From a virus: a stretch of 15,978 nt of DNA. The position numbers and the translations under genes are program-made. The stretch lies in the UHGV virus genome UHGV-0117658; one strand, given 5' to 3'. A model generated the notes under the pieces. That model did not search any database, was not told where the DNA came from, and worked only from the letters and a program-made list of their open reading frames with translations. Positions 1-8,048 of this stretch are shown here, piece after piece (positions within the stretch are counted from its first letter, which is position 1; every line of letters starts with the position of its first letter).

Positions 1-995
1 TTGATGGCTTACGTGGAATTTGTGCAGCAATGGTTGCTGTATTCCATCTTTACTGGAGAGCCGGAGGAGAATCAGATATATACTGGTCTCTTGAGTACAT
101 TACACTCAGCAATGTAAAACGCGCCATATATCTAACAGGAGAGTTATCTGTTGGGGTCTTTTTTATGCTGTCTGCTTTTTTATTTTTCAAAAAGGCACTA
201 GCGGACTCCTTCGATGTAAAAAGCTTTGCAATTTCACGATTCATGCGAATTTACCCACCTGTAGTTGTTCTTTTATTTATAATATATATTGCAACATTTA
301 TCATGAATCCGGATAACCATACTCCAGTATCGCAATGGTTTATATCTTCATTACCATTTATATTCAATCCGCCTGGCGCTAACATCAATGGTGTATCGCT
401 CCAGATTGCCACATCTGGTGTGTTCTGGACGTTAGTCTGGGAATTACGCCTATACCTTGCAATTCCATTTTTATATCTGATAATGAAAAACATCAAATAT
501 AAAGAAGCATTTGTTATTTTTTTAATGGGATGTGTTTTATTATTCAAGTATTTTATAAACAATGAACAACACCTGAGTTATATAATGTATTTCCTTGCAG
601 GATTTCTTGTCGCTACAATCAAGAGCAACAAGCGCCCATCAGATATAATCTGCGCTTTATTATTATTCGCAGCCATATATTTTACTCGACATGCTTACAA
701 CACTACAACTCCGCTTTATATGTTTATTGTTTTCTACACAATAAAGTGCGGATGTGATTACTTTGGCTTACTTACATCCCTGCCTGTAACTATGCTGGGA
801 ACCTGCAGTTTCTCCCTTTATTTAGTTCATGGGATAACTCAAACAGTATCTAAACATTATTTATATAGTGCAGGAAACTATGTTTGGCAGATTTGTGCAA
901 TTATTGCGGCAGGTATCATTGCGCCGGTTATGTACAAATATGTCGAAAGTCGCAGCATCATACATAAGCGTCCTCAACTTCAGATTGCAAAGTAG
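1..995 (+). CDS. Acyltransferase family 3 integral membrane protein (putative polysaccharide O-acetyltransferase), 5'-partial; the reading frame is open from the window edge
   Basis: ORF 30..995 has no in-frame stop back to position 3; the upstream translation ...DGLRGICAAMVAVFH matches the N-terminal motif of acyltransferase-3 family enzymes (OafA/Oac type). Product is very hydrophobic with multiple predicted TM segments. Visibly AT-rich relative to the phage structural genes. Confidence 0.7.
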   Translation, partial: DGLRGICAAMVAVFHLYWRAGGESDIYWSLEYITLSNVKRAIYLTGELSVGVFFMLSAFLFFKKALADSFDVKSFAISRFMRIYPPVVVLLFIIYIATFIMNPDNHTPVSQWFISSLPFIFNPPGANINGVSLQIATSGVFWTLVWELRLYLAIPFLYLIMKNIKYKEAFVIFLMGCVLLFKYFINNEQHLSYIMYFLAGFLVATIKSNKRPSDIICALLLFAAIYFTRHAYNTTTPLYMFIVFYTIKCGCDYFGLLTSLPVTMLGTCSFSLYLVHGITQTVSKHYLYSAGNYVWQICAIIAAGIIAPVMYKYVESRSIIHKRPQLQIAK

Positions 996-1002
996 AACAT
1001 TT

Positions 1003-1022
1003 GCGCCCCTGAACAGGGGCGC
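1003..1022. other. GC-rich perfect inverted repeat (gcgcccctg aa caggggcgc) 8 nt after the acyltransferase stop; possible terminator or RNA-stabilising hairpin, but no adjacent U-tract
   Basis: Read directly from sequence: 9-bp arms, 2-nt centre. Confidence 0.3.
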
Positions 1023-1090
1023 TATCCCACCACGCTGTTAAAATTTTGTTTCGTCTTACTTAGCATTTTTAAGTTGCCCATCGGAAAAAC

Positions 1091-1356
1091 GTCACAACCA
1101 TCACGCCCCACAAAAAAAAACCATTAACCATCTGATTATCATGAATAAATGTTGTGATGGTAAAACCATCACAAAACGTAACGTAAACCGTCACACCCTA
1201 TAAATTCAGCGAGTTATAAAACAGAGTTGTGATGTTTTAAGGCCGTCACACTGTGATGCTCTTGTGATGCTCTTGTGATGGTTTTCAATATATGAATTTA
1301 CTTATACATATCATATAGATAAATGATATTTTTTAAATCTGTGATGTTTGTGACGG
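1091..1356. repeat. Array of at least 10 copies of an octamer TGTGAYGG / CCRTCACA in both orientations, embedded in AT-rich DNA; includes a perfect 9-5-9 palindrome (1152..1174) and an 11-bp tandem repeat tgtgatgctct x2.7 (1253..1282); iteron-like
   Basis: Direct reading: gtcacaaccatcacg (1091-1105), ttgtgatggtaaaaccatcacaa (1152-1174), ccgtcacac (1188-1196), ttgtgatg (1227-1234), ccgtcacactgtgatgctcttgtgatgctcttgtgatgg (1243-1282), ctgtgatgtttgtgacgg (1339-1356). Convergent intergenic region with no ORF of 60 aa or more. Confidence 0.6.
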
Positions 1357-1486
1357 TTTTCCGATGCTCCCCCTAAATTTTTGAAAAAATTAGAAGTGGT
1401 CAGAAATCACCCTGATTTGTTGGTGGTTTTGTATATATCTCTGTTAGTGATTTGAGCATTGGTGCAGTACGTTAATGTAGGTATGG

Positions 1487-2419
1487 CTACAGCGGCACCG
1501 CTGAGTAAACAGGCGTCTGATTGTCCGGGTTTCCGTCTGCGTCAAGCAGCTGAACGTCCACGGCATAACGTGGCCGGAATGGATCGGCAAAATTACCACT
1601 TTTCACGGGTTCAGTATGTGCCACCACTCTGGCCATCTTTGGCAGATGAAGCCCGGAAGCCAGTTCCGGATAATGGCTCTCAATCTGTCGTTGTGTCGGT
1701 GTTTTCTGAAGGGGGCTGCCTGTGACGCGGTTCCGGGGTGTCCAGGTGATAGTCATCGTGTCATTTGTAAGATGGACTTTGGTGACCCGTTCACCGTTAA
1801 GCTCAACGCCGGGTCGTATCGTCTGGATCACCGGTAACGTTATGGTATTCCCGCCAGCAGCCCCCTGGCTGAACTCTGCCGGCACTTCGACCGGACGACC
1901 GGTAAACAGTGACTTTTCAGCACCGCCGACGTAAAGCGAACCATCAGGCAACTGGTACCAGATGTAATCCTGGATACTGAATGCCCTGCCCAGGTTGTTC
2001 AGCAACTGATAGCCGGTACCGTTATGGGTGAAATGGGGGATCGGAGTATCGCTGTAAGACACATCGGGTACACTGACACCGATCCCGCTGTTTTCCGTCA
2101 GCCAGCCGGCTACATCCCTTAATGTCGGGTGCTGAAATGAACATGGCCACATCCTTTCAAAAACACCGGCCAGCTCACGAATGAACAGACGCTGATAACC
2201 GTTTTCAGCTGGTTGTGAACGTTCAACATAACCGGTAAACCAGCGCAAAAGCAGGTCGGTATATCCCACATCCAGCCGCACCAGTTTCCCGGTATAATCA
2301 GTGGTTGTCTCTGCGGTAATAAATCCCCGACCGCAACTGTTAAGCTCCAGTACCAGGCTGGCATCAGCCAGATGCACTTCATCCGTTGAAAGGTAAAGAC
2401 GTTTAACTGGTTTCATCAT
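1487..2419 (-). CDS. Hypothetical protein (310 aa), third gene of a coupled three-gene operon; no family recognised
   Basis: Long ORF; start ATGATG overlaps the stop of the upstream gene (TAATG coupling at 2417-2421); codon composition like neighbouring phage genes; no Walker or nuclease motif seen. Confidence 0.6.
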   Translation of the reverse strand: MMKPVKRLYLSTDEVHLADASLVLELNSCGRGFITAETTTDYTGKLVRLDVGYTDLLLRWFTGYVERSQPAENGYQRLFIRELAGVFERMWPCSFQHPTLRDVAGWLTENSGIGVSVPDVSYSDTPIPHFTHNGTGYQLLNNLGRAFSIQDYIWYQLPDGSLYVGGAEKSLFTGRPVEVPAEFSQGAAGGNTITLPVIQTIRPGVELNGERVTKVHLTNDTMTITWTPRNRVTGSPLQKTPTQRQIESHYPELASGLHLPKMARVVAHTEPVKSGNFADPFRPRYAVDVQLLDADGNPDNQTPVYSAVPL

Positions 2420-2964
2420 TAACCCAAAGCATCATTGACGGGCTTCAGCACCTTGCGTTCAAACCACGTCAGTTTTTCTTCATCTTCTCCGGCCGTCTGA
2501 CCACCGGATTGTTCCGCGCTGCCGGTTGTCTGTTTTTTCGCAGTGGTTTTGCCGGTTGATCTGGCTTCCCGCTTTTCCTGTACGCTAATATGTTCCGCCA
2601 GCGTGAAAGTCACCATCCAGGACATTTTCCCGTCCTGCTGTGGTGCATCCAGCATTCCGCTGAATGTGGCCTCACGAAAATTCACCGCTCTGGCAACCTC
2701 ATGCGCAACACGGTATGTCTGTCGTTTCCCGCTACTATCGGTAGCGCTGGCCAGTTCAAAGATACGCTTCAGAATCTCCGGATTTTTGAAAGGAATTTCG
2801 CCACTGATACGCAGCTCCTTTCCTTTTGCCCCCTGCTCAGATTTTGACGTTGCGCTGGTCTGCCCTGACTGGTCTTTATCCTGAAACTGCTGTGAGACTG
2901 TCACGCGCATATTCTTCAGCTGTATGGCCTCGCCGTTAAGCGCCAGTGTCGGGATCGAAGTCAT
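2419..2964 (-). CDS. Hypothetical protein (181 aa), middle gene of the three-gene operon; acidic, low-complexity C-terminal half
   Basis: ORF with ATG at 2964 preceded by aaagggaatgattc (SD-like); overlaps the upstream gene end by 29 nt and is stop/start coupled to the downstream gene. Confidence 0.55.
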   Translation of the reverse strand: MTSIPTLALNGEAIQLKNMRVTVSQQFQDKDQSGQTSATSKSEQGAKGKELRISGEIPFKNPEILKRIFELASATDSSGKRQTYRVAHEVARAVNFREATFSGMLDAPQQDGKMSWMVTFTLAEHISVQEKREARSTGKTTAKKQTTGSAEQSGGQTAGEDEEKLTWFERKVLKPVNDALG

Positions 2965-3661
2965 GAATCATTCCCTTTATTCCATCAAGATTATCGCCAA
3001 CCAGCATCATGGCAGCGGTGTAAACGGCAGACTGCTGCGGAATGTCCTTCACCAGTTCCAGTAACATGGTGTCGGTGTCTCCGCTGGCAGTAAAAACCCA
3101 CGCTCTGGCACTCTTCCCCTGTAAATCGTTCAGGCCGTTGGCCACATCACTGATAAGTTGGTCACGCAGCTGCGTGAACTCGCCCAGCTGTTTTTTCAGC
3201 CCTTCGATATCAAACCCGGCACCCGCCGCCTTTTGTGCCTGGCTGATTGCCGCAGCAGATAAAGCTGCCCTGCTGGTTGGTACAGACAGCGGAATGGACG
3301 CAGGTAACGCAGCGGCGGTTTTCGCAGGGATCTGCATCTTTTCAATAGCCAGCGCTGCGGCGGATTGCGCCAGCCGTTTGACCTGCGTGAATGCCGGGGC
3401 GGGGAAAATCCCGACCAGGTTATTCAGGCTGGCCATAAAGTTTTCCTGTGTCTGTCCGGTGACCATCATAATCACCACGTCCACATTCCCCCCTGTTCCG
3501 GCCAGGCGTTCAGCAAGATAGCGAACAGCATTAACCGGGCTGAGATATGCCCCGTTTGCTGTCTGCTGTCCCAGCCCATAAATCCACGGATGCGCAGGGA
3601 CGATCGAACAGTTCGACGCAGCAACAGAATCCGTGAAGGCCAGACGTGCTTCACGCCACAT
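2936..3661 (-). CDS. Hypothetical protein (241 aa from the internal ATG at 3661), first gene of the three-gene operon
   Basis: The ORF track gives 2936..3697, but the ATG at 3661 is preceded by GGAGGTG at proper spacing, whereas the 3697 start lies deep inside the Tfa-like reading frame. Ala-rich central region; no recognised domain. Confidence 0.55.
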   Translation of the reverse strand: MWREARLAFTDSVAASNCSIVPAHPWIYGLGQQTANGAYLSPVNAVRYLAERLAGTGGNVDVVIMMVTGQTQENFMASLNNLVGIFPAPAFTQVKRLAQSAAALAIEKMQIPAKTAAALPASIPLSVPTSRAALSAAAISQAQKAAGAGFDIEGLKKQLGEFTQLRDQLISDVANGLNDLQGKSARAWVFTASGDTDTMLLELVKDIPQQSAVYTAAMMLVGDNLDGIKGMIHDFDPDTGA

Positions 3662-4031
3662 TTCCAGGCACCTCCGGCCACACAATTTCCGGCGCATCTT
3701 CCGGTTGAATACGGTTCATTAAAACGCGGTATTTTTTCCATGCGGTAAGCAGCAGTGCTTCTTCTTCGGTCGCCATGTCTAAATCTACGGCATCCTGCAA
3801 TGTGGCAATGGCATCACTGGCCTGTTTAAGTAGTCTTTTCTTTTCTGCATCTGCCTCGCTGACTAATGCAGTTCGCATGGCCTCCGCATCATCCACCCAC
3901 GCCTTTCCATTCCATTTTTGCCAGGCATTAGCCGGGGCTGACGTGGTTGTCCCTTCCGGGTAAGCACCAGGCTCGGTGATTACCAGTTCATTACCGTTTG
4001 CGCGGTTGGCATCCAGCGCGGTAACAGCACA
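3651..4031 (-). pseudogene. Tail fibre assembly protein (Tfa/gpG family) C-terminal fragment with no upstream start; remnant of a tail-fibre module
   Basis: My own translation of this frame from 4031 downward gives ...ELVITEPGAYPEG...WQKWNGKAWV...[47 protein letters not shown], which closely parallels the lambda Tfa C-terminal half (QKWNGTAWV...[45 protein letters not shown], recalled from memory). The frame is closed by a stop just upstream of 4031 and lacks the Tfa N-terminal half. Confidence 0.6.
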
Positions 4032-4210
4032 TCACGCTTAAATTCCATTCGCTCAGCGCGGCTTTCAATCGCTGCAGCTGCGGCGACATCTTTCTCCAGC
4101 GCGACAATCTGAATATGCAGGCTGGTTTCCGTGTCCAGAGACTGCTGCTGTCGCAGTAACCGCTCCGCTTCAATTCGTGCGCTGTGGCGCTGTGCCGGTG
4201 ACAGTTGCAT
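3980..4210 (-). pseudogene. M: Terminase small (endonuclease) subunit gpM, N-terminal roughly 70 codons only, truncated by premature stop at the junction with the tfa fragment
   Basis: Sits immediately after the capsid gene N with a strong SD (agggggattta-ATG), as M does in P2. Begins MQLSPAQRH..., resembling the recalled P2 gpM N-terminus (MTSPAQRH...), but is 76 aa instead of about 247 aa; the downstream sequence switches frame into Tfa-like sequence. Confidence 0.5.
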
Positions 4211-4220
4211 TAAATCCCCC

Positions 4221-5249
4221 TTACTCGCCTGCCGGAGGCGCGACAGGTGCCCCGATAGCTACCGCACTTTCATCAAACGCGGCGTACAGTTCCGGATACT
4301 CAACCGCATAACCTTCGTTACGCAGGTATTTGTTTTCGTACTGTTTACGGTCTTCCACAAACTCCGCTTTACGCTGACGCGTGCCGCGCTGGGTGTAGAT
4401 GTGCAGGTTTGGCAGTGTCGTAACAATCATGCGTTTGCCTGGCATAAACGGCGGTACGTAAGCCGTGCGGCCGGCGATGCTGTCAGACAGCAGTTGCGCG
4501 GCGATCTTCTCCGTGGGTTTGTCTGCTTTCTGATACAGACGGAACGACTCCGCCGCGACCAGATCAGCGCCGACAAGAACCACCAGGCGTGGATCATTAC
4601 GGTACTGTGCCGGGATTTTGGCGTTGATAAGGTCGGAGGCCATTGCATCCAGCGACACGTAATCGCCTTTCCCGTCACCGTCAAGCACCACCGCATCAGT
4701 GATGATCTGCTGGCCGTCCTTCCACTCTTTGACGATCTGATGCCAGCCCTTGTTCACATCCTCGCCGTTCGGGTTGGTTTCCGCGTTCGTGGTCTCGGCC
4801 ACTTTGGTACCGTTAAAGCCGATACGCAGCATATCCAGCGCAAACGCCTGATTGGTGAACTCCTGAACACGCTGGAAAAACTCGTTTTCATCGCCGGCGT
4901 TCGCCCAGACAGAAAGCAACTGCCAGGTGAGTGCGGCGCATGAGTCGGTCTCGACCAGACTGTAATCATTACCACTCACGCCCACTTTCTTACGGAAGCG
5001 GCCATCCAGTACACGCCCGGTATACAGGCCAGAGCTGCCAACCGGAACCACCTGCCCCTGCAGCTGATCGACATCGGCAACGGTGATCAGATTCAGGAAA
5101 TCAGACTGCTCCATCAGCGCATTGCGCAGCTGGGTTTCTTTGGGGTCGGTGAGTGCAAACCAGCGTTCGCTGTCGGTCGCCCCGTAGGATTCACGCAGCC
5201 CGGTGTGATACTGAAGCAGAAACTCACGGGCTTTCGCATTTAATTGCAT
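4221..5249 (-). CDS. N: P2-family major capsid protein (gpN-like), 342 aa
   Basis: Size, position between the O-like and M-like genes, SD aaggaaaaagaat-ATG, and resemblance to P2 gpN as I recall it. Confidence 0.85.
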   Translation of the reverse strand: MQLNAKAREFLLQYHTGLRESYGATDSERWFALTDPKETQLRNALMEQSDFLNLITVADVDQLQGQVVPVGSSGLYTGRVLDGRFRKKVGVSGNDYSLVETDSCAALTWQLLSVWANAGDENEFFQRVQEFTNQAFALDMLRIGFNGTKVAETTNAETNPNGEDVNKGWHQIVKEWKDGQQIITDAVVLDGDGKGDYVSLDAMASDLINAKIPAQYRNDPRLVVLVGADLVAAESFRLYQKADKPTEKIAAQLLSDSIAGRTAYVPPFMPGKRMIVTTLPNLHIYTQRGTRQRKAEFVEDRKQYENKYLRNEGYAVEYPELYAAFDESAVAIGAPVAPPAGE

Positions 5250-5283
5250 ATTCTTTTTCCTTAAAGAAAAGTAGTGTTATCCC

Positions 5284-6123
5284 TTACAGGAAATTGAAGC
5301 CTTTTTTGCCCTTGCTGAATTTCTTGTCCGGCAGTTGAGTAACTTTGTTATTCAGCTTGCTGAAGTTTTTCACCAGCTCCGGCAGGTTCCCCACCAGACG
5401 CGCAAAATCTTCGGTGTCCACTACTTCCTTCACGGTGTCCACATCGTCCTGCACATCAGATACCGCTTCTTCCGCCTCACCCAGACGGGTTTCAATAGCA
5501 GATACGCGCTTATCAATGGCATCCAGCGCTTCAGCCAGCGCCTGTAAGGCATCAGACTGTGAAGGTTCCTGCTCCGGGGTCTGCTCCGGTTCTTCGATAC
5601 TGAAAAAATGGCGCCAGCCCTTTTTCGCTGTCTTTGACATTCCCTTTTCCTTTTTAAATTCCCTGACTTCATCAAACGCCAGCGGCTTGTATGGTCCGAT
5701 GCGTTTTCCCCTGGTGCGGCTGAAACGTAACCGTGTGGTGCTTACCCCGGCCGGACTGTCAGTAATGGCCAGTCCCTCAAGATAGGTTTTCCCGGTATTT
5801 CTGAAATTGCCGTCCGGTGTAAACTCCGGTGATAAAAATAAAAGCTGACCGTCTGCATTTGCCTGTAGCAATGAAATCGCCGGACAGAGGCGGGCATATA
5901 AACGAAGAATACCTTCATCATCCCGCTCGGCTTTTACTTCCAGCACCTCCCCCATATTCCCGAAATTACGGGAATGTTCCGGCCATAACAGCGCGGTATA
6001 CAAAGAGGGGTCATATAATTCAGCGGCATCAAGCAACCATTGTTCTTCAATAAATCGCTTATCAACCGTTTCACCCGCAGTGGCGATACAAATCCAGTTT
6101 GTTGCCAGTTGTGAACCTGACAT
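5284..6123 (-). CDS. O: P2-family capsid scaffolding protein (gpO-like), about 279 aa from the ATG at 6123
   Basis: The ORF track starts at 6183, but the in-frame ATG at 6123 has a perfect GGAGG SD and gives a length close to P2 gpO (284 aa). Acidic, coiled-coil-like C-terminal half typical of scaffolds; divergent from P as in P2. Confidence 0.8.
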   Translation of the reverse strand: MSGSQLATNWICIATAGETVDKRFIEEQWLLDAAELYDPSLYTALLWPEHSRNFGNMGEVLEVKAERDDEGILRLYARLCPAISLLQANADGQLLFLSPEFTPDGNFRNTGKTYLEGLAITDSPAGVSTTRLRFSRTRGKRIGPYKPLAFDEVREFKKEKGMSKTAKKGWRHFFSIEEPEQTPEQEPSQSDALQALAEALDAIDKRVSAIETRLGEAEEAVSDVQDDVDTVKEVVDTEDFARLVGNLPELVKNFSKLNNKVTQLPDKKFSKGKKGFNFL

Positions 6124-6266
6124 ATTGCCTCCGTTCATGCTGCGGTTTTCAGTATCGCCAATAAAATTAACCGCCGCATTCACTTCATTTCGGATATAGG
6201 CTATTAGCCGAACACATCAGAAATAAAGCGGGATTTAATATACAAACGCCCGTGCATAATGTGTGC
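6124..6266. promoter_or_regulatory. Divergent intergenic region between O and P; expected location of the divergent late promoters
   Basis: Positional inference from P2 gene organisation; no canonical TGT-N12-ACA dyad found here by eye. Confidence 0.4.
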
Positions 6267-8048
6267 ATGGCTAAATATTCAGAAGAATTAAAAGGCGTTG
6301 CGCGGGCGCTTTATTTAAAACGCTATACCCCGCAGGAAATTGCCAGCGAACTTAATCTGCCTAACAGACGCATTGTCTATTACTGGGCGGAGAAATATTG
6401 CTGGGCGGAATTACTCAGTCATGAATCCACCGAAGATGCATTAAACCGTCGCATTCAGTCACTGACATTACGTGAAGGGAAATCGGAGCTGGAGCTGCGG
6501 GAGCTGGACAGTCTCGTTTCTCACCTGGTGAAACTACGTGCACAGCACAATAAGCATCAGGAAAAGCTGGCAGAAATTAAACACAGTGAAAATGATGCGC
6601 CGGCGCGTCAGTCCGGTGGCGACGAAAAGCCCCGGAAACGTGGCAAGTACAAAAAGAACGACATCAGCGGACTGACACAGGAAGATTTTGACCGGTTCGC
6701 GCTGGAGCACCTTTTCGGTTACCAGAAACACCTTCGCGCTAATCTTCATCAGCAAATCAGGAACATCCTGAAAAGCCGCCAGATTGGTGCAACCTGGTAT
6801 TTCTCAATAGAAGCCTTTGAGAATGCGGTCATGACAGGCGATCCGCAAATCTTCCTGTCCGCATCAAAGGCTCAGGCGGAAGTATTCCGCAGCTATATCG
6901 TCAACATTGCGGAGCAGTATTTCGGCGTGGAGCTGACGGGAAACCCCATCCGCCTCTCCAACGGCGCGGAGATGCGATTCCTGTCCACCAACAAGAACAC
7001 CGCCCAGTCATACAGCGGCCATCTGTACTGCGATAAATATTTCTGGGTACCCAACTTTGCAAAATTAAACGAAGTGGCCAGCGCGATGGCCACACACGAC
7101 AAATGGCGAACCACCTACTTTTCCACCCCCAGCAGCAAAACGCACCAGGCGTACCCGTTCTGGACTGGTGAAGAATGGAAGCGCGGTGACAAAAAACGCG
7201 CGCGCGTACAATTTCCCACGGAGAAGGAGCTGCGCGACGGTGGACGGTTATGTCCTGATGGGCAGTGGCGCTACATCATCACAATGGAAGACGCGAGCGC
7301 AGGCGGGTTTAATCTCGCCAGCATCGGGAAGCTGCGCAACCGCTACAACCGCGACACTTTCAACATGCTGTATATGTGCGTGTTCGTGGACAGCAAGGAC
7401 AGCGTATTTTCGTTCTCTCACGTAGAACGCTGCTGTGTAGATCCGGATATCTGGGAGGATCATGACGAAAACCTGCCCCGGCCGTTCGGCAACCGTGAAG
7501 TGTGGGCGGGTTATGACCCGGCTCGCAGCGGAGACACCTCCACCTTCGTGATCATCGCGCCGCCGATAGTGGCCGGCGAAAAATTTCGGGTACTGCGTGT
7601 ATTCCACTGGCAGGGGATGAACTGGAAGTGGCAGGCGGCACAGATTAAGAAGCTGTTTGGCCAGTACAACATGACCTACATCGGCATTGATATCACTGGA
7701 CTGGGTAGCGGTGTCTTTGAAGACGTTCAGCACTTTGCCATGCGTCAGGCAGTGGCGATCCGCTACGGCGTCGAGACCAAAAATCGTCTGGTGATGAAGA
7801 TGATCGACGTTATCGAAGACGGCCGCGTGGAATGGGATAAGGAGAAGACCGAAATCGCCGCCAGCTTTATGACCATCCGCCGTACGTCCACGGCCAGCGG
7901 CAACGCAATGACTTTCGTCGCCGATCGCACAGCAGAAACAGGACACGCAGACAGTTTCTGGGCTATCGCCCATGCCATTGACAACGAGCCATTAAACTTT
8001 GAAAACCAGCGAAAATCACGCTGGGGTAACTTAGGGAAAGCAGCATGA
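6267..8048 (+). CDS. P: Terminase large (ATPase) subunit, gpP-like, about 593 aa
   Basis: Conserved blocks shared with P2 gpP as recalled (LYLKRYTPQEIA, NILKSRQIGATWYF, SASKAQA.VFRSYI, FLSTN.NTAQS, YFSTPS.KTHQAYPFWTG, GYDP.RSGD). Start taken at the ATG at 6267 rather than the track's GTG at 6252; stop overlaps the Q start (ATGA at 8045-8048). Confidence 0.85.
   Translation: MAKYSEELKGVARALYLKRYTPQEIASELNLPNRRIVYYWAEKYCWAELLSHESTEDALNRRIQSLTLREGKSELELRELDSLVSHLVKLRAQHNKHQEKLAEIKHSENDAPARQSGGDEKPRKRGKYKKNDISGLTQEDFDRFALEHLFGYQKHLRANLHQQIRNILKSRQIGATWYFSIEAFENAVMTGDPQIFLSASKAQAEVFRSYIVNIAEQYFGVELTGNPIRLSNGAEMRFLSTNKNTAQSYSGHLYCDKYFWVPNFAKLNEVASAMATHDKWRTTYFSTPSSKTHQAYPFWTGEEWKRGDKKRARVQFPTEKELRDGGRLCPDGQWRYIITMEDASAGGFNLASIGKLRNRYNRDTFNMLYMCVFVDSKDSVFSFSHVERCCVDPDIWEDHDENLPRPFGNREVWAGYDPARSGDTSTFVIIAPPIVAGEKFRVLRVFHWQGMNWKWQAAQIKKLFGQYNMTYIGIDITGLGSGVFEDVQHFAMRQAVAIRYGVETKNRLVMKMIDVIEDGRVEWDKEKTEIAASFMTIRRTSTASGNAMTFVADRTAETGHADSFWAIAHAIDNEPLNFENQRKSRWGNLGKAA

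Noticed and set aside
1152-1174. TGTGA...TCACA palindrome as a CRP site or an Ogr TGT-N12-ACA site
   Set aside because: Half-site spacing is 11 nt (CRP requires 6) and the TGT/ACA spacing is 15 rather than 12; better explained as part of the octamer array.
1253-1282. Short tandem repeat as a possible CRISPR array
   Set aside because: Unit is only 11 bp with no spacers and no cas genes; inconsistent with CRISPR.
1459-1934. Small + strand ORFs (88, 73, 70 aa)
   Set aside because: Overlap the 3' end of the 310-aa - strand gene in antisense; no start-site support.
3390-3410. ggcggggaaaa resembling part of the P2/P4 cohesive-end sequence
   Set aside because: Only a partial match and located inside a coding region far from Q; most likely coincidence.
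2543-3521. + strand ORFs (113, 85, 159 aa)
   Set aside because: Antisense to the coupled three-gene operon; low-complexity Ser/Cys-rich translations.
4131-4943. 270-aa + strand ORF
   Set aside because: Lies entirely antisense within the well-supported major capsid gene; Cys/Arg-rich translation typical of a spurious antisense frame.
6252-6266. GTG start 5 codons upstream for the terminase ATPase gene
   Set aside because: No ribosome-binding site; the ATG at 6267 gives an N-terminus aligning with P2 gpP, though neither start has a strong SD.
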